A stretch of DNA of 64,000 bases from Cyanophora paradoxa CCMP329 (Eukaryota > Plantae > Glaucophyta): positions 242,415 through 306,414 of the forward strand of contig QPMI01000127.1 of assembly GCA_004431415.1 (NCBI GenBank), written 5' to 3'. Made by a program: the position numbers and the translations under genes. Shown piece after piece: positions 37,779 through 47,414 of this stretch (position 1 is its first letter; each line of letters opens with the position of its first letter). The notes below the pieces were generated by a model that searched no databases, was not told the DNA's origin, and saw nothing but the letters and a program-made list of their open reading frames with translations.

Positions 37779-38390
37779 CGCCGCCTCCCGCCCGCCGCCT
37801 TCGCCGCGCGCCGCTGCGCCTACGCTACGCGCCGCAATCGCGAGACGCGAACTGGAGTGATTGCCAGAGCGATGGTTCTGGAAGCGCCCAGGCCTCCGAC
37901 TCGGGAGCGATTATTATGAGGGAAGTACCCACGCACTCGATCCAGGGGTGATTCATCCAGCTCGACAAAAAAACCTACACTCGGCGGCCGATTCGCAGGC
38001 ACGGGTCCGCAAAGATTGCGCCGGATCCGCAACGGCGCCAACGGCTCACATCCATGGTCGTGGACTATGCATATGCAGCTAGACTCCAACGATTCGTCGC
38101 CGCCGCCGGCACGCGCCCGGTCCACTAACATGTACTTTCGAGTCGCCTGAATGCCTGTTGGATACTAGGAGCCCGCCGGCCCGAGAGTCTCCGAGTCGGA
38201 GCTCGAGAGCAATAATTGCAATTATGTCGCCAGGTGACCGTCGAAATTGTATTTTCAAGCAATTAATGCGTATAATTAAGTTAAAACTCAAATTATTATT
38301 ATTATTGGGGTACGCAATTATTGATATCCGAGTCGCTTCGATGTCAGTGCGCTGTAAAATTAATAAAAACAATTACGAGCCCGAGTGTCG

Positions 38391-38438
38391 CAATTAACCG
38401 CACTTACCCCGCAACAATTAACCGCACTTACCCCGCAA
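38391..38438. repeat. Perfect 24-bp tandem duplication
   Basis: CAATTAACCGCACTTACCCCGCAA x2. Confidence 0.9.
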
Positions 38439-38583
38439 CACGAAAAATCGAACGCATGGCCCCGGTCCATGATCACATGGCCGCCCGTCACCGTCACCGG
38501 CGAACCGGCCATCTGCCAGCGGACCGGCCATCTGCCGCGCCGGCCCTCGATCGGGGCGCCCTCTCCCGCACACACACATTATC

Positions 38584-39335
38584 ATGAAGAGCTGCGTCGC
38601 GATCGGCCTTGAGGAATGCGAGCGCGATTTGGCGCGGCTGCATTTTGACATGTCGGAGGGCGCCGAGTCGCGCACCCGAGCGCTCGGGGTCGACCTGGTG
38701 GAGCTGGCGACCCGTCGCGCAACCGACGCGGAGGCCAGGGCGGCCGCCCTGGAGGTGGTGCTCCGGTCCGAGGAGGCGGCCGGCCGCGCGTGCGCCCTCG
38801 CGGCCAAGGCCGCCGAGGAGCGTGCGCGCAACGAGCGCAGGCGCGCGGACAAGCTCGCGGCGCAGGTCGCCGCGGGCGCGTCCGCCCGCGCGGACCTCGA
38901 GGGGCGCGTCGCGGAGCTGCGGGCCGTGGTGGCGAACCTGAACGGCGAGATCGCGCAGCTGCACGCGCGCCTCCGGCGCTGCCCGCCCCCGTCGAAGGCG
39001 CCCTCTCCCGCGGCGCCCTCGGGCTTCCGCCGCTGTGCGGCCGGCGGCGGCGCCGAGCCCGGCGAGGCGTGCACGTCCTGCCACGAGGCGCCCGCGGCCG
39101 GGCGCCCTGCTGGATGTTCCAGTGCGAGCGGCACCTGCTCTGCGACGCGTGCCACGGCAGCCAGCGGCGGCTCGCGGCGCACTACGACGCCGCGCTCGGC
39201 CAGCACCGCCAGGCGGCGCTTGCGCTCGCCGTCGCGGCGGCCTCGTCCCACGGGCCCCCGGTCCGCCCGCCGCCGCCCTTCCCGCCGCCGCCCACGGGCC
39301 TCCTCTTCGCGGCGAGCCCGTGCCCGCACGCCTGA
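38584..39335 (+). CDS. Coiled-coil protein with C-terminal RING-like zinc finger, apparent frameshift ~39100
   Basis: Long heptad region; CTSC in one frame continues to CWMFQCERHLLCDAC in the next. Confidence 0.55.
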
Positions 39336-39412
39336 GCCGCCCGTCGCGATCGGCGGCCGCGGGCGGAGCGCGCGGCGCCAAGGTTTCGCGCTCGTCTAGC
39401 GAGGGCCGAGGC

Positions 39413-39652
39413 ATGAGCACGAGCGGGGCGCCCGAGTCGCCGCGGGCCGAGGCGCTCGAGTCCCTTAGCGGCGCCGCGTGGGACCTCGCCGTGCTGGCGC
39501 TCGACTTGGAAGACTGCGCCGAGGACCGCCAGATCGCAGAAGTAAACAGGCTCTCGTGCCTTCTTCACAGTATTTGGACGACGCTAGAGGCAGCCAAGGC
39601 AGCAGAGTCGCGCGTAGTGCTAGAGGCAGCCAAGGCAGAGTCGCGAGTGTGA
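39413..39652 (+). CDS. Short hypothetical protein
   Basis: 79 aa, helical, ends in a duplicated LEAAKA(A)ESRV. Confidence 0.4.
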   Translation: MSTSGAPESPRAEALESLSGAAWDLAVLALDLEDCAEDRQIAEVNRLSCLLHSIWTTLEAAKAAESRVVLEAAKAESRV

Positions 39653-39747
39653 ATTGAATATATAAGTATTTGCGATCAAACAAAGCCACGAATATAAGCC
39701 AAACTGACTGAGTTATTTACACTGCACAACTCCTAGCTAGAGGCTGC

Positions 39748-42700
39748 CTACTCGTCGAAGTCCCCGGCGGCCGCCTCGGCGGCCATCGAGAGCAGCGCCT
39801 CTGCCACGTCCCCGGCCGCGTCGCCGGCCTCGCTGGCGGCGTTGGCCAAGGTGTCGGCGTCGGCGTCGCCGTCAACGGCGTCGGCGTCGGTGAAGAAGCC
39901 GTCGTCGTCCGACGGCGGGGCGGGGCCGAAGCCGGGGTTGTGCCGCTTGTAGCGCTGCGAGGCCTCCACGATCTTCTTGAAGTCGGCAGCGACCGCAGCA
40001 GAGTCGGCCGCCACGGGCGCGAAGTTGGGGATGTTGTAGCGCGTGAAGAAGGCCGACTCGAGATCGTCGATCGTCTGGCGCCACCCCGCGACCATCTCCT
40101 CGGTGATGTCGCGCAGGGCCTCCTCGGCCTTGTCGCACGCCCCGCCGGCCTCGAGCTTCTTCAGGAGCGCCGTCTTCTCCTTGGGCTTGCAATCGGCAGC
40201 CGCGAGGCGCTTCTCAATCACGGCGCGGGCGTTCGAGATGGCCTTCTCGAAGTTCCGGAGCGGGCGCGCGACGGCCAGGAACTCGGCGCGCTTCTCGGCG
40301 ACGAGCTTGCGGAAGTCGTCGACGTGCCGCGCGCGGCTCGGCAGGGTGTCCTTCTGCGCGCCGCGGAGTCAGGCGTGCGATTGAGCGCGATTGAGTTCAG
40401 CCGCGCACCTCGAGTTCCTTGGCGTTGAACTTGTAGCCCTTCTGGACGGCGCGGGCCCACGCCTCCTCGTTCTTGGCCTTGGTCTCAGCGCCCTTGCGGT
40501 TCGCCTCGCGCCGCTTCTCGGCCTTGGCCTCGGGCGTCAGCTCCTCGGCAGAGGTCTTCGCGCGCTTGCGCTTGGGGCCCTCGGTCTCGGTCGCGTGGTC
40601 CGACTCGGCCGCCGGCTCGGGGTCCGCCGCCGGCTCCGAGTCGACGTCCATCGCCTCGGGCTCGGGCGCGGGCGCCGCGGGCGCCGCGCGCGGCGGCGCC
40701 GGGCGCCGCGGGGTCGCCAGGCCCGCGGGGCGGGCCGGGGCGCCGGCGGGGCTGCTGCTGCTGCCAGCGGCGCCGGTGTGCGCGCCGAGAAGGCGGCAGA
40801 CGCCCATGTACGCCGCGTGCGGCGGCCGGCGGCTCACAAAGGCGCGGTGGATGCGGGTCTTGACGAGAACGATTTTCTCGGGCACGATGCCCTCCTCGAC
40901 GAGGAACTTGATTGAGTCCTCCTTGATATCGGCGATGACGCTCTTCACGATTCCTTCCGCGTCCATCTGTGCCACCTCCTGCTTCGAGTAGAGCCGGAAA
41001 ATGACGTCCAAGAACGTGTCGTCGAACGCCTTGATCGCGCGGGCCCGCAGCATCTTGGGGTCGACGTACGCCTTGGCGATCTGCGGGAAAGTGAGCCAAT
41101 TGAATGAAATTGAACCGATTCAGTCGCGCGGCGCACCGTCAAGCTGGCAGCCTGCAGCCGAGCCTTCGAGCCGCAGCTGAACAGGAGGGGTTCGTAGTGC
41201 CACCGAGCTCGCGGTTGGGCTGGACGGTCGTGCCGAACTTGCTGTTCAAGACCTTGCCGCCGGCCTCGCCGGTCTGCGGCGGCCAAGTCAGCGCAGATCT
41301 AGAGGTGCCGGATTGAATAGAAATAGGTTCACCTCGGCCATAAGGGCGGCAGTCTTCCGCATGTTGAGGCGCGCCTTCGCGGCCAGGTAGCGCTCCATGG
41401 CGGCGTCGCGCGCCTTGCCCTTGATGCAGCAGTTGCCGTCCTTGTCGAGAGTGACGGGCCAGTGGACGAGCTCGCGGTTGATGGCTTCGATCTCAGTGAA
41501 CGTGAGGAGCACGTCCTGGCCGCCCAGCTTCACCTTGTACGAGCTCTCGCTGTCATTAATCATCTTCGACTCGCCCATCCCGCGCCTGGCGCGGATCTCC
41601 GTGACCTCGCCAGAGTCGTAGTCGTACTCTGCGGTGCGCTTGCAGATGGCAATGCGGGCCTTGCACTCGCGAGTCACGTAGTTCTTCGGCGCGTTGGGAG
41701 ACACAGGCTGGCTCGTGGGTATGATGGCCATGCGAAGCTCCGATGCGCACACAAGGTAGCGCTTGCCGTACTCGGCGCGCACAGACTCGTTCTCCCACGC
41801 GTCGCTGGCGACCTTCTCGAGGAAGTCCTTGCCGCCGGGCTTCTGAGTGGCCTCCCGAATCTGGCGACCAACAACGTCCTCGTCGTCGCTGGCAGCGGCG
41901 GCCGGGGCGTCGGCCGGGGCGTCGGCCGGGGCGTCGGCCGGGGCCGGGCCGGGGCGGCGGCAGCCGGGCCGGGCCGGGGCGGCGGCAGCCGGGGCCGGGC
42001 CGGCGGGCTGATCGGCCTCGACGGAATCAGAGCCGAGGGGATGAGCTGGAACGTGGGGTCGTCCGGCTCTGCGCACAACGGGAGTCAATGGGCTATTCAA
42101 ACAGACGAAAAACAGGGTTACGCACTAGGGCTCGCGGGCTTGGCGGCGGCGGGCTTGGCCGCGGGCTCGGCAGCGAACTTGGCAGCGAACTTGGCAGCCT
42201 TGGCGGCGAGCTTGGCAGCGAGACCGCCGGCGGGCTTGGCGGCGGGCTTGCGGCGGCGGGCTTGGCGGCGGGCTTGGCGGCGGCGGGCTTGGCGGCGGCG
42301 GGCTTGCGGCGGCGGCTTGGCGGCGGCGGCGGGCTCAGAGTCCCGGCCGCGCTTCACTGCCGGCAAGGCGGTGAGCGTGGGCAGGCACGCGGGCAAGGGG
42401 CGGGGCTCACAGCGGTTCAGCGGCACGTTGTCGTCGTCGTCGTCCGACGTAGAGGCCGCCGAGGCCGGCTTGCTCGAAGGGCCCGCGGCCGGCTGGCTCG
42501 AAGGGCCCGCCACAGGCGCCACGGGCGCCGCGGCCGCCGGTGCAGCCAGGCTGGGGAAGTTCAAGGGGACGGCCGCTGCGGCGCGAAAAGGTCAGCGTGA
42601 CGTCGTGCGAGAAATTTCGGCAGAGTCACGGACCCTTGGCGCGCGGGGCGGGGGGCGGGGGGCCCTGGCCGGCGGGCTCGTCCTCGATATCGGTCATGTC

Positions 42701-43048
42701 GATGACCTCGGGGACGCGGGACTGCTTGTCCTTGTCGACAAGCTGCATGACGTACGTGGCCTTGTCCGCCTGCGCCAAAGACGGACGGGAGTTAGAGGCG
42801 ATTCAATCGGCAAGCCAAGCCCCGCGCACCGGCACGGCGAGCACAAGGCCCTCGTGGTTGAGGCGGAAACAGCGGCGCTCGTCGAAGGGGAAATCGGGCT
42901 CGACGACAAACTCCTGAAGCATCGTGAAGTACGCAGAGGGCTGCGGCAAAACGGGCAAAATCAGCCAAGGCATGCGCTTTTCACCAAGGCAAAATCCCCT
43001 TACCGTGAGAGCGCCCTTGCCCTTGAGGTCGGACTTGGCAGAGTTCAT
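39748..43048 (-). CDS. Multi-exon gene of unknown function (Ala/Lys/Pro linkers, acidic tail)
   Basis: ATG 43048, donors such as ACG|GTAAGG ~43003, acceptors CAG; exon ORFs 41288-42100, 40397-41053, 39748-40221. Confidence 0.65.
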
Positions 43049-43450
43049 CTTGAGAGATCTGCGCGCAAAGGGAAAAGTCAGCCAAGTTTTGCAGCCAAGG
43101 GAAAACCGCGCGCACCGTGAGTTGCTAGCTAGCGCTGAGGCTTTGCGAATCTCGCTGGGCGAGTGGAATGAGGTTCGGAGGCCGGCGCCCGGGAGGTCAT
43201 TCGGGGGCCCAGTTCGCAGCGCCGGGAAACGCGGCCGCAGGAAAACGCGCGCGCGGCATTTCGCGCTCGCATTTTCCGGCTTCCCGCATGATCGCGCGTC
43301 ACGGTGACGCGTCACCGTCGGTGACGGCGACGCGTCCGCCGGCCTTCGACCCGTGACGGATCGGATTCATCCCCATAGCACGCTCGACGGTCGGCGCGCG
43401 TGGGGTCGGCGACGGGCCGCGCGCGTTTTTTTCGAGCGCAATGAGTGACC

Positions 43451-43801
43451 ATGGGCAACGCCGAGTCACGACCGCCGGGCGCGCAGGCCTCGACGACGCA
43501 GCCGCAGCAGCAGGCCGCGGAGGATGACGGCGGCGAGCTCGAGCTCAAGCTGACACTCTACGCGCTGGTGCTGCTGCTGGCCACGACGGCGCCGTACGGC
43601 CTGTACAAGGCCTTCCGCGGCCTCCACGGCCGCTTCGGCTGGAAGGGCAGCGCGCCGCTCGGCGTGGTGATGCTGCTCCTCACGTTCATGGTCGGGCGCG
43701 TCGGCCCGGCAAAGCTCACGATGACGTCAGGGCTCGCGCTCATGCTCACCGCCGGCTACATGGACCCGAACGTCATGCAGGGTCTCATTCAGGTTTCGTA
43801 G
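43451..43801 (+). CDS. Small multi-TM membrane protein (cassette gene)
   Basis: 116 aa, three hydrophobic stretches, intronless; stop lies inside the tRNA-like flank of repeat R1. Confidence 0.7.
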   Translation: MGNAESRPPGAQASTTQPQQQAAEDDGGELELKLTLYALVLLLATTAPYGLYKAFRGLHGRFGWKGSAPLGVVMLLLTFMVGRVGPAKLTMTSGLALMLTAGYMDPNVMQGLIQVS

Positions 43802-43805
43802 GGAC

Positions 43806-43869
43806 TCGAACCCTCGATTCAACTCCGCAGGGTTTACCGTCACCGTCACGGTGACGGCGCCTAGAGTCG
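43806..43869. repeat. Repeat R1 copy 1 (hairpin repeat ending in T-loop core)
   Basis: TCGAACCCTYGATTCAACTCCGCAGGGTTTACCGTCACCGTCA..GTGACGGCGCCTA, near-identical to 46110 and 46233. Confidence 0.92.
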
Positions 43870-43947
43870 TTTTCGACAGTACGCTCGGAGCCCCGGGGTC
43901 GGCGCCCGGCCCGCGAGCGTGCTGGGTGGCGCGTGTGTTCACGTTCA

Positions 43948-44563
43948 TCACGGGTGGGGGAAGCCGGGCGGCGGCAGCGACAGGGCCGCGAGGCGCGCGA
44001 CGGTGTCGCGCGCGATCCGATAGGCCGGCACGAGGACGTCGTACACGTAGCCGCGGCCCGTGCCGTCGTGCAGGTCGCAGTGGCCCGTGCGGCCGAAGAG
44101 CGACGGCTGGCCGACGTGCGGGCAGTGGTGCTTGAGCTCGTTGACGAGCGTGGCGAACGGCTTGCCGGCGAACGCCAGCTCGCCGAGCCGCGCGCGGGCC
44201 TCCGCGACGAATCGGAAATCGCTCTGCGCGAACGGGTAGCTTGCGAAGTATATGTTGCCGTCGCGGCGGTACGGGCCGCGCGGCTGCGCGCGCTCGCAGT
44301 AGTGCGCGACGCTGTCCAGCAGCGCCGCCAGGCTCACGGTGGCGGTGAACGCCAGCCCGTTCAGCTCGTCCGCCGCCGGCGCCCCGGCCCGGCGCACAGC
44401 TCCTGGGCCTGGCAGACGAGCGCGCCGACCACGCACACCGCGGCCCGCACAGTGCCCAGGTGGCCGGCGGCGTTGAGGCGCTGGCGGCCGGTTCCCGCGC
44501 GCCGCGCATCACCTGCCAGAAGCGCGAACCGTCAGACAGCAGCGGGAACGCGTCGTCCGCCAT
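43948..44563 (-). CDS. HEPN-like protein A (frameshifted), paralogue of 45433-46085
   Basis: LLDSVAHYCER..NIYFASYPFA..LVNELKH..DLHDGTGR..VPAYR. Confidence 0.55.
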
Positions 44564-44651
44564 GGGTTTCACCGTCGACGTGCGAAAGAAGCGCCGAGCC
44601 AGCGAACACGGCGCCGAACGGGGCCCGCGGGGGCTCGAACTAGGGTCTTTG

Positions 44652-45374
44652 ATGGAAAGCGCCGAGGCGGCGGCGGCTGCAGCGGCGCTCGGCGCGCTGC
44701 CGGCCGGGCTCCGACCAGTCGCAGCCCTGCGCGGCGATGCGGCCAACATCGCGGACGTTCTTTCGGAGCTTCGGTTGATCCGGGTCAACGTGCCCGACAA
44801 GTCGCCGGAGCTCTCTGAGATCGACTCAGCGCTCGCGCCACTCGCGCTCCTGTTCAGAAGCATGCAGGCCGCCGGGCTCGCGGACGCGCACCCGGCGCTC
44901 GTGACGCCGAAGCAGTTCGACGTCCTGCTCACGGACATCCGTGACCGCAGCGACCTGGAGTCAATCGCTCAGCTGTTCGGCGTCGCTTACCTCGCAGAAG
45001 TCCCGCCGGACCGCCGCCCCGCGTTCCCCGTCGAGGGCCAGATCGCCGGCCCCAACAGCCGGCCGCTCGCAGTCCTGTCGGTCGCCGCGAGGCGCGGGCG
45101 CGCCGTGTTCGCCCCATTCATCATCGACACGGGCTCGCCGCACACCTACGTCTCGGGCGACGTCATCGAGGCGCTCGGCCTCTCGTCTGTCTCGGCGCTC
45201 GGCGCCACGCTCCTGGTCAACGGCCGACCGGCCACGGTGTACGAGTCGCACTCGCACTTCAGCAAGGCCTGCGTGCTCGGAGCCTCGTACTTCGTCGCAA
45301 ACCGCCTGGTCCTCACCGTCCGATACGCATCGCTGAGCCTCTCGATAGCCGAGGAGTCTGGTTTGTCTGGTTAG
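44652..45374 (+). CDS. Retropepsin-like (clan AA) aspartic protease domain protein
   Basis: FIIDTGSPHTYVS and CVLGASYF motifs; ATG 44652, 240 aa, intronless. Confidence 0.82.
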   Translation: MESAEAAAAAAALGALPAGLRPVAALRGDAANIADVLSELRLIRVNVPDKSPELSEIDSALAPLALLFRSMQAAGLADAHPALVTPKQFDVLLTDIRDRSDLESIAQLFGVAYLAEVPPDRRPAFPVEGQIAGPNSRPLAVLSVAARRGRAVFAPFIIDTGSPHTYVSGDVIEALGLSSVSALGATLLVNGRPATVYESHSHFSKACVLGASYFVANRLVLTVRYASLSLSIAEESGLSG

Positions 45375-45432
45375 GTAGTACTGTCGTATATATATTCGCA
45401 TTCATCACGGGCCGCGGCAGTGCGAACGATCG

Positions 45433-46085
45433 TCAGACCGCGGGCCACTCGCGGAGGCGCACGCCGCACTGGACGGCGAGCGCGGCCACGCACTGGCAGA
45501 GCAGGCGGTAGGCGGGCGCGACCGTGCCGGCGACCAGGCGGCGGCCGGCGGCGTCGCGGACGTCGAGCGCGCCGTCCGCGTCCGCCGACGCGACGCCGAA
45601 CCACGGGAGCGTGTGCTTGGCGCGGTTGGCGACGGCGGCAAAGTCGCCGCCGTTGTAGAAGTCGGGCCGCCGGAGCGCCAGGCGCGCGCGCTCGACCGGC
45701 TCGAGCCACTGGTGCGCGAAACGGTAGCTGTCGAAGAAGAGCTTGTCTTCCCGCCGCTCGCCGCTCGGAAGTGCCGGTCGCAGAAGCTCGCGACGCCGTC
45801 CAGCGCCGATTGGACGCCGGCAACCGCCGCGACGAGCAGCGGGTTGTACACAAACGGGTCGCCGGCGCCCGCGCGCATCTCGTGCAGCGCGTCGTTCACG
45901 CAGTGCGCCACGTGCACGGCGGCGTTCGCCAGCACCACCACGTGGCCCTCGCGGTTCAAATCCTCGCCGAGCGCGCCGCCGGCCGCCGCCCGTCCGTTGA
46001 ACTGCTCGCGCTGCCAATCATGCATCAGAGCGCCGCGACCGTACTGGCGGGCGCGAAAGGACCGCACCAGCGCCCGACGCGCCAT
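45433..46085 (-). CDS. HEPN-like protein B (one frameshift ~45765)
   Basis: SALDGVASFCDR..KLFFDSYRFA..VANRAKH..DVRDAAGR..APAYR. Confidence 0.55.
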
Positions 46086-46109
46086 CGGCCAAACGGGACC
46101 CGCCGAGAT

Positions 46110-46352
46110 TCGAACCCTTGATTCAACTCCGCAGGGTTTACCGTCACCGTCAGAGTGACGGCGCCTATGCTCGCCTCTGGTGGCGCGCTCGACGTTCGGC
46201 GCGCGTCGGGTCGGCGACGGGCCCGCGGGGAGTCGAACCCTTGATTCAACTCCGCAGGGTTTACCGTCACCGTCATGGTGACGGCGCCTAGAGTCGGCTT
46301 ATACAGCACGGCCGACGGTCGGCGCGCATCGGGTCGCGTCGGGTTGGCGACG
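46110..46352. repeat. R1 copy 2 (46110-46167), R2 (46186-46224), R1 copy 3 (46233-46296), R2 (46305-46352)
   Basis: R1 as above; R2 CGCTCGACG(G/T)TCGGCGCGCGT(C/G)GGGTCGGCGACGGGCC also at 43381-43418. Confidence 0.9.
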
Positions 46353-47414
46353 GCTGAATCGGAACATTGTCCTTTCATGTAACATCAATGGCGAATCAGG
46401 CGCGAGCGCTGACGTCACCGTGACGTCATCCCGGACTCGCCGGTTCGCCGCCGGTCCGACCACCGCCCGCGTCACGGGTGCCACGGGAGTCACGGGAGTC
46501 ACGCGTGGCGGTGGCGGGTCGGCGTACCCGTGGCGGGCCACGCCTGGCTCGACCCCCCCGCACGCCGGTCCCGGGGGGGTACCGCCGACCCACGAAATCC
46601 CCAGGGTTCCGAGTTGACAAGATGATCTAGAGCGACGGAGGCCGCGGAGCCGGCGCCCCCGCGCGCATGCGCAGCTGCAGTGCAGCCCTCTACTAGTACT
46701 AGCTATATAGAGTCTAGCGGCCCCTGCGCAGGTGCGATCGTGCGCTCACCGATATCACCCCGAGTCACTGAGTCACGCTTACGTGCTGCACTCAGTACGT
46801 GACTGCACGGTCTGCAACCATCGACCGATCTTCATCGCGGATCGACGCGTGCATACGCGTCTCTGCAGCGCTTGTCAGACGAGCTGAGCGATCACAGGCG
46901 GCACTTGTTCAGAATCTTCAGATCTGTCGTGCTGAAGCGCACTGCGGCAGCTGCAGCTGCAGCTTTTGCGTGCAACAGCAGCTGAGCGTTACGTCAGTTG
47001 AACATGTTGCCGATCTGACACTCCGCCGAGTTGTGACGTCTAGATCTAGATCTAGACTCTAGTCTTCGCCTGCAGCGGTGCCAGCGGCGCGCGTGGAGAC
47101 GTGCGTTACAGGAGAGCCGCCCAATTCTTCAAAGGAAGGAGCCAAAAGAAGTGGGCGTCCGCGTGCGGATCGGTGCCACGTGCACGGTGCGATTCTAAAT
47201 CTCTGCTGTACATGTACACGTACGTGCACAAGACTTCCACCGATCCTCCTCCAGCCGTACGCGTGCATGCGCCGGTGGCTCGGTGCCAACTTGGCAAGAG
47301 AGTTGACGTTGAGCTCCAAACGTGAATCCGGCGCAACCTGGTAGCTTCTGGCGGTGCACGTGCGGCCGGGGCGCCGCGACCGCCGCTGAGCCGGCCGCGG
47401 CGTGCTCGTGAGCC

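Noticed and set aside
43791-43869. Complete tRNA gene at R1 copies
   Set aside because: Only T loop and 3' strands are tRNA-like; no matching 5' acceptor strand, D arm or anticodon arm
44652-45374. LTR retrotransposon implied by the aspartic protease
   Set aside because: No gag, RT or integrase motifs nearby; flanking repeats are short and hairpin-like
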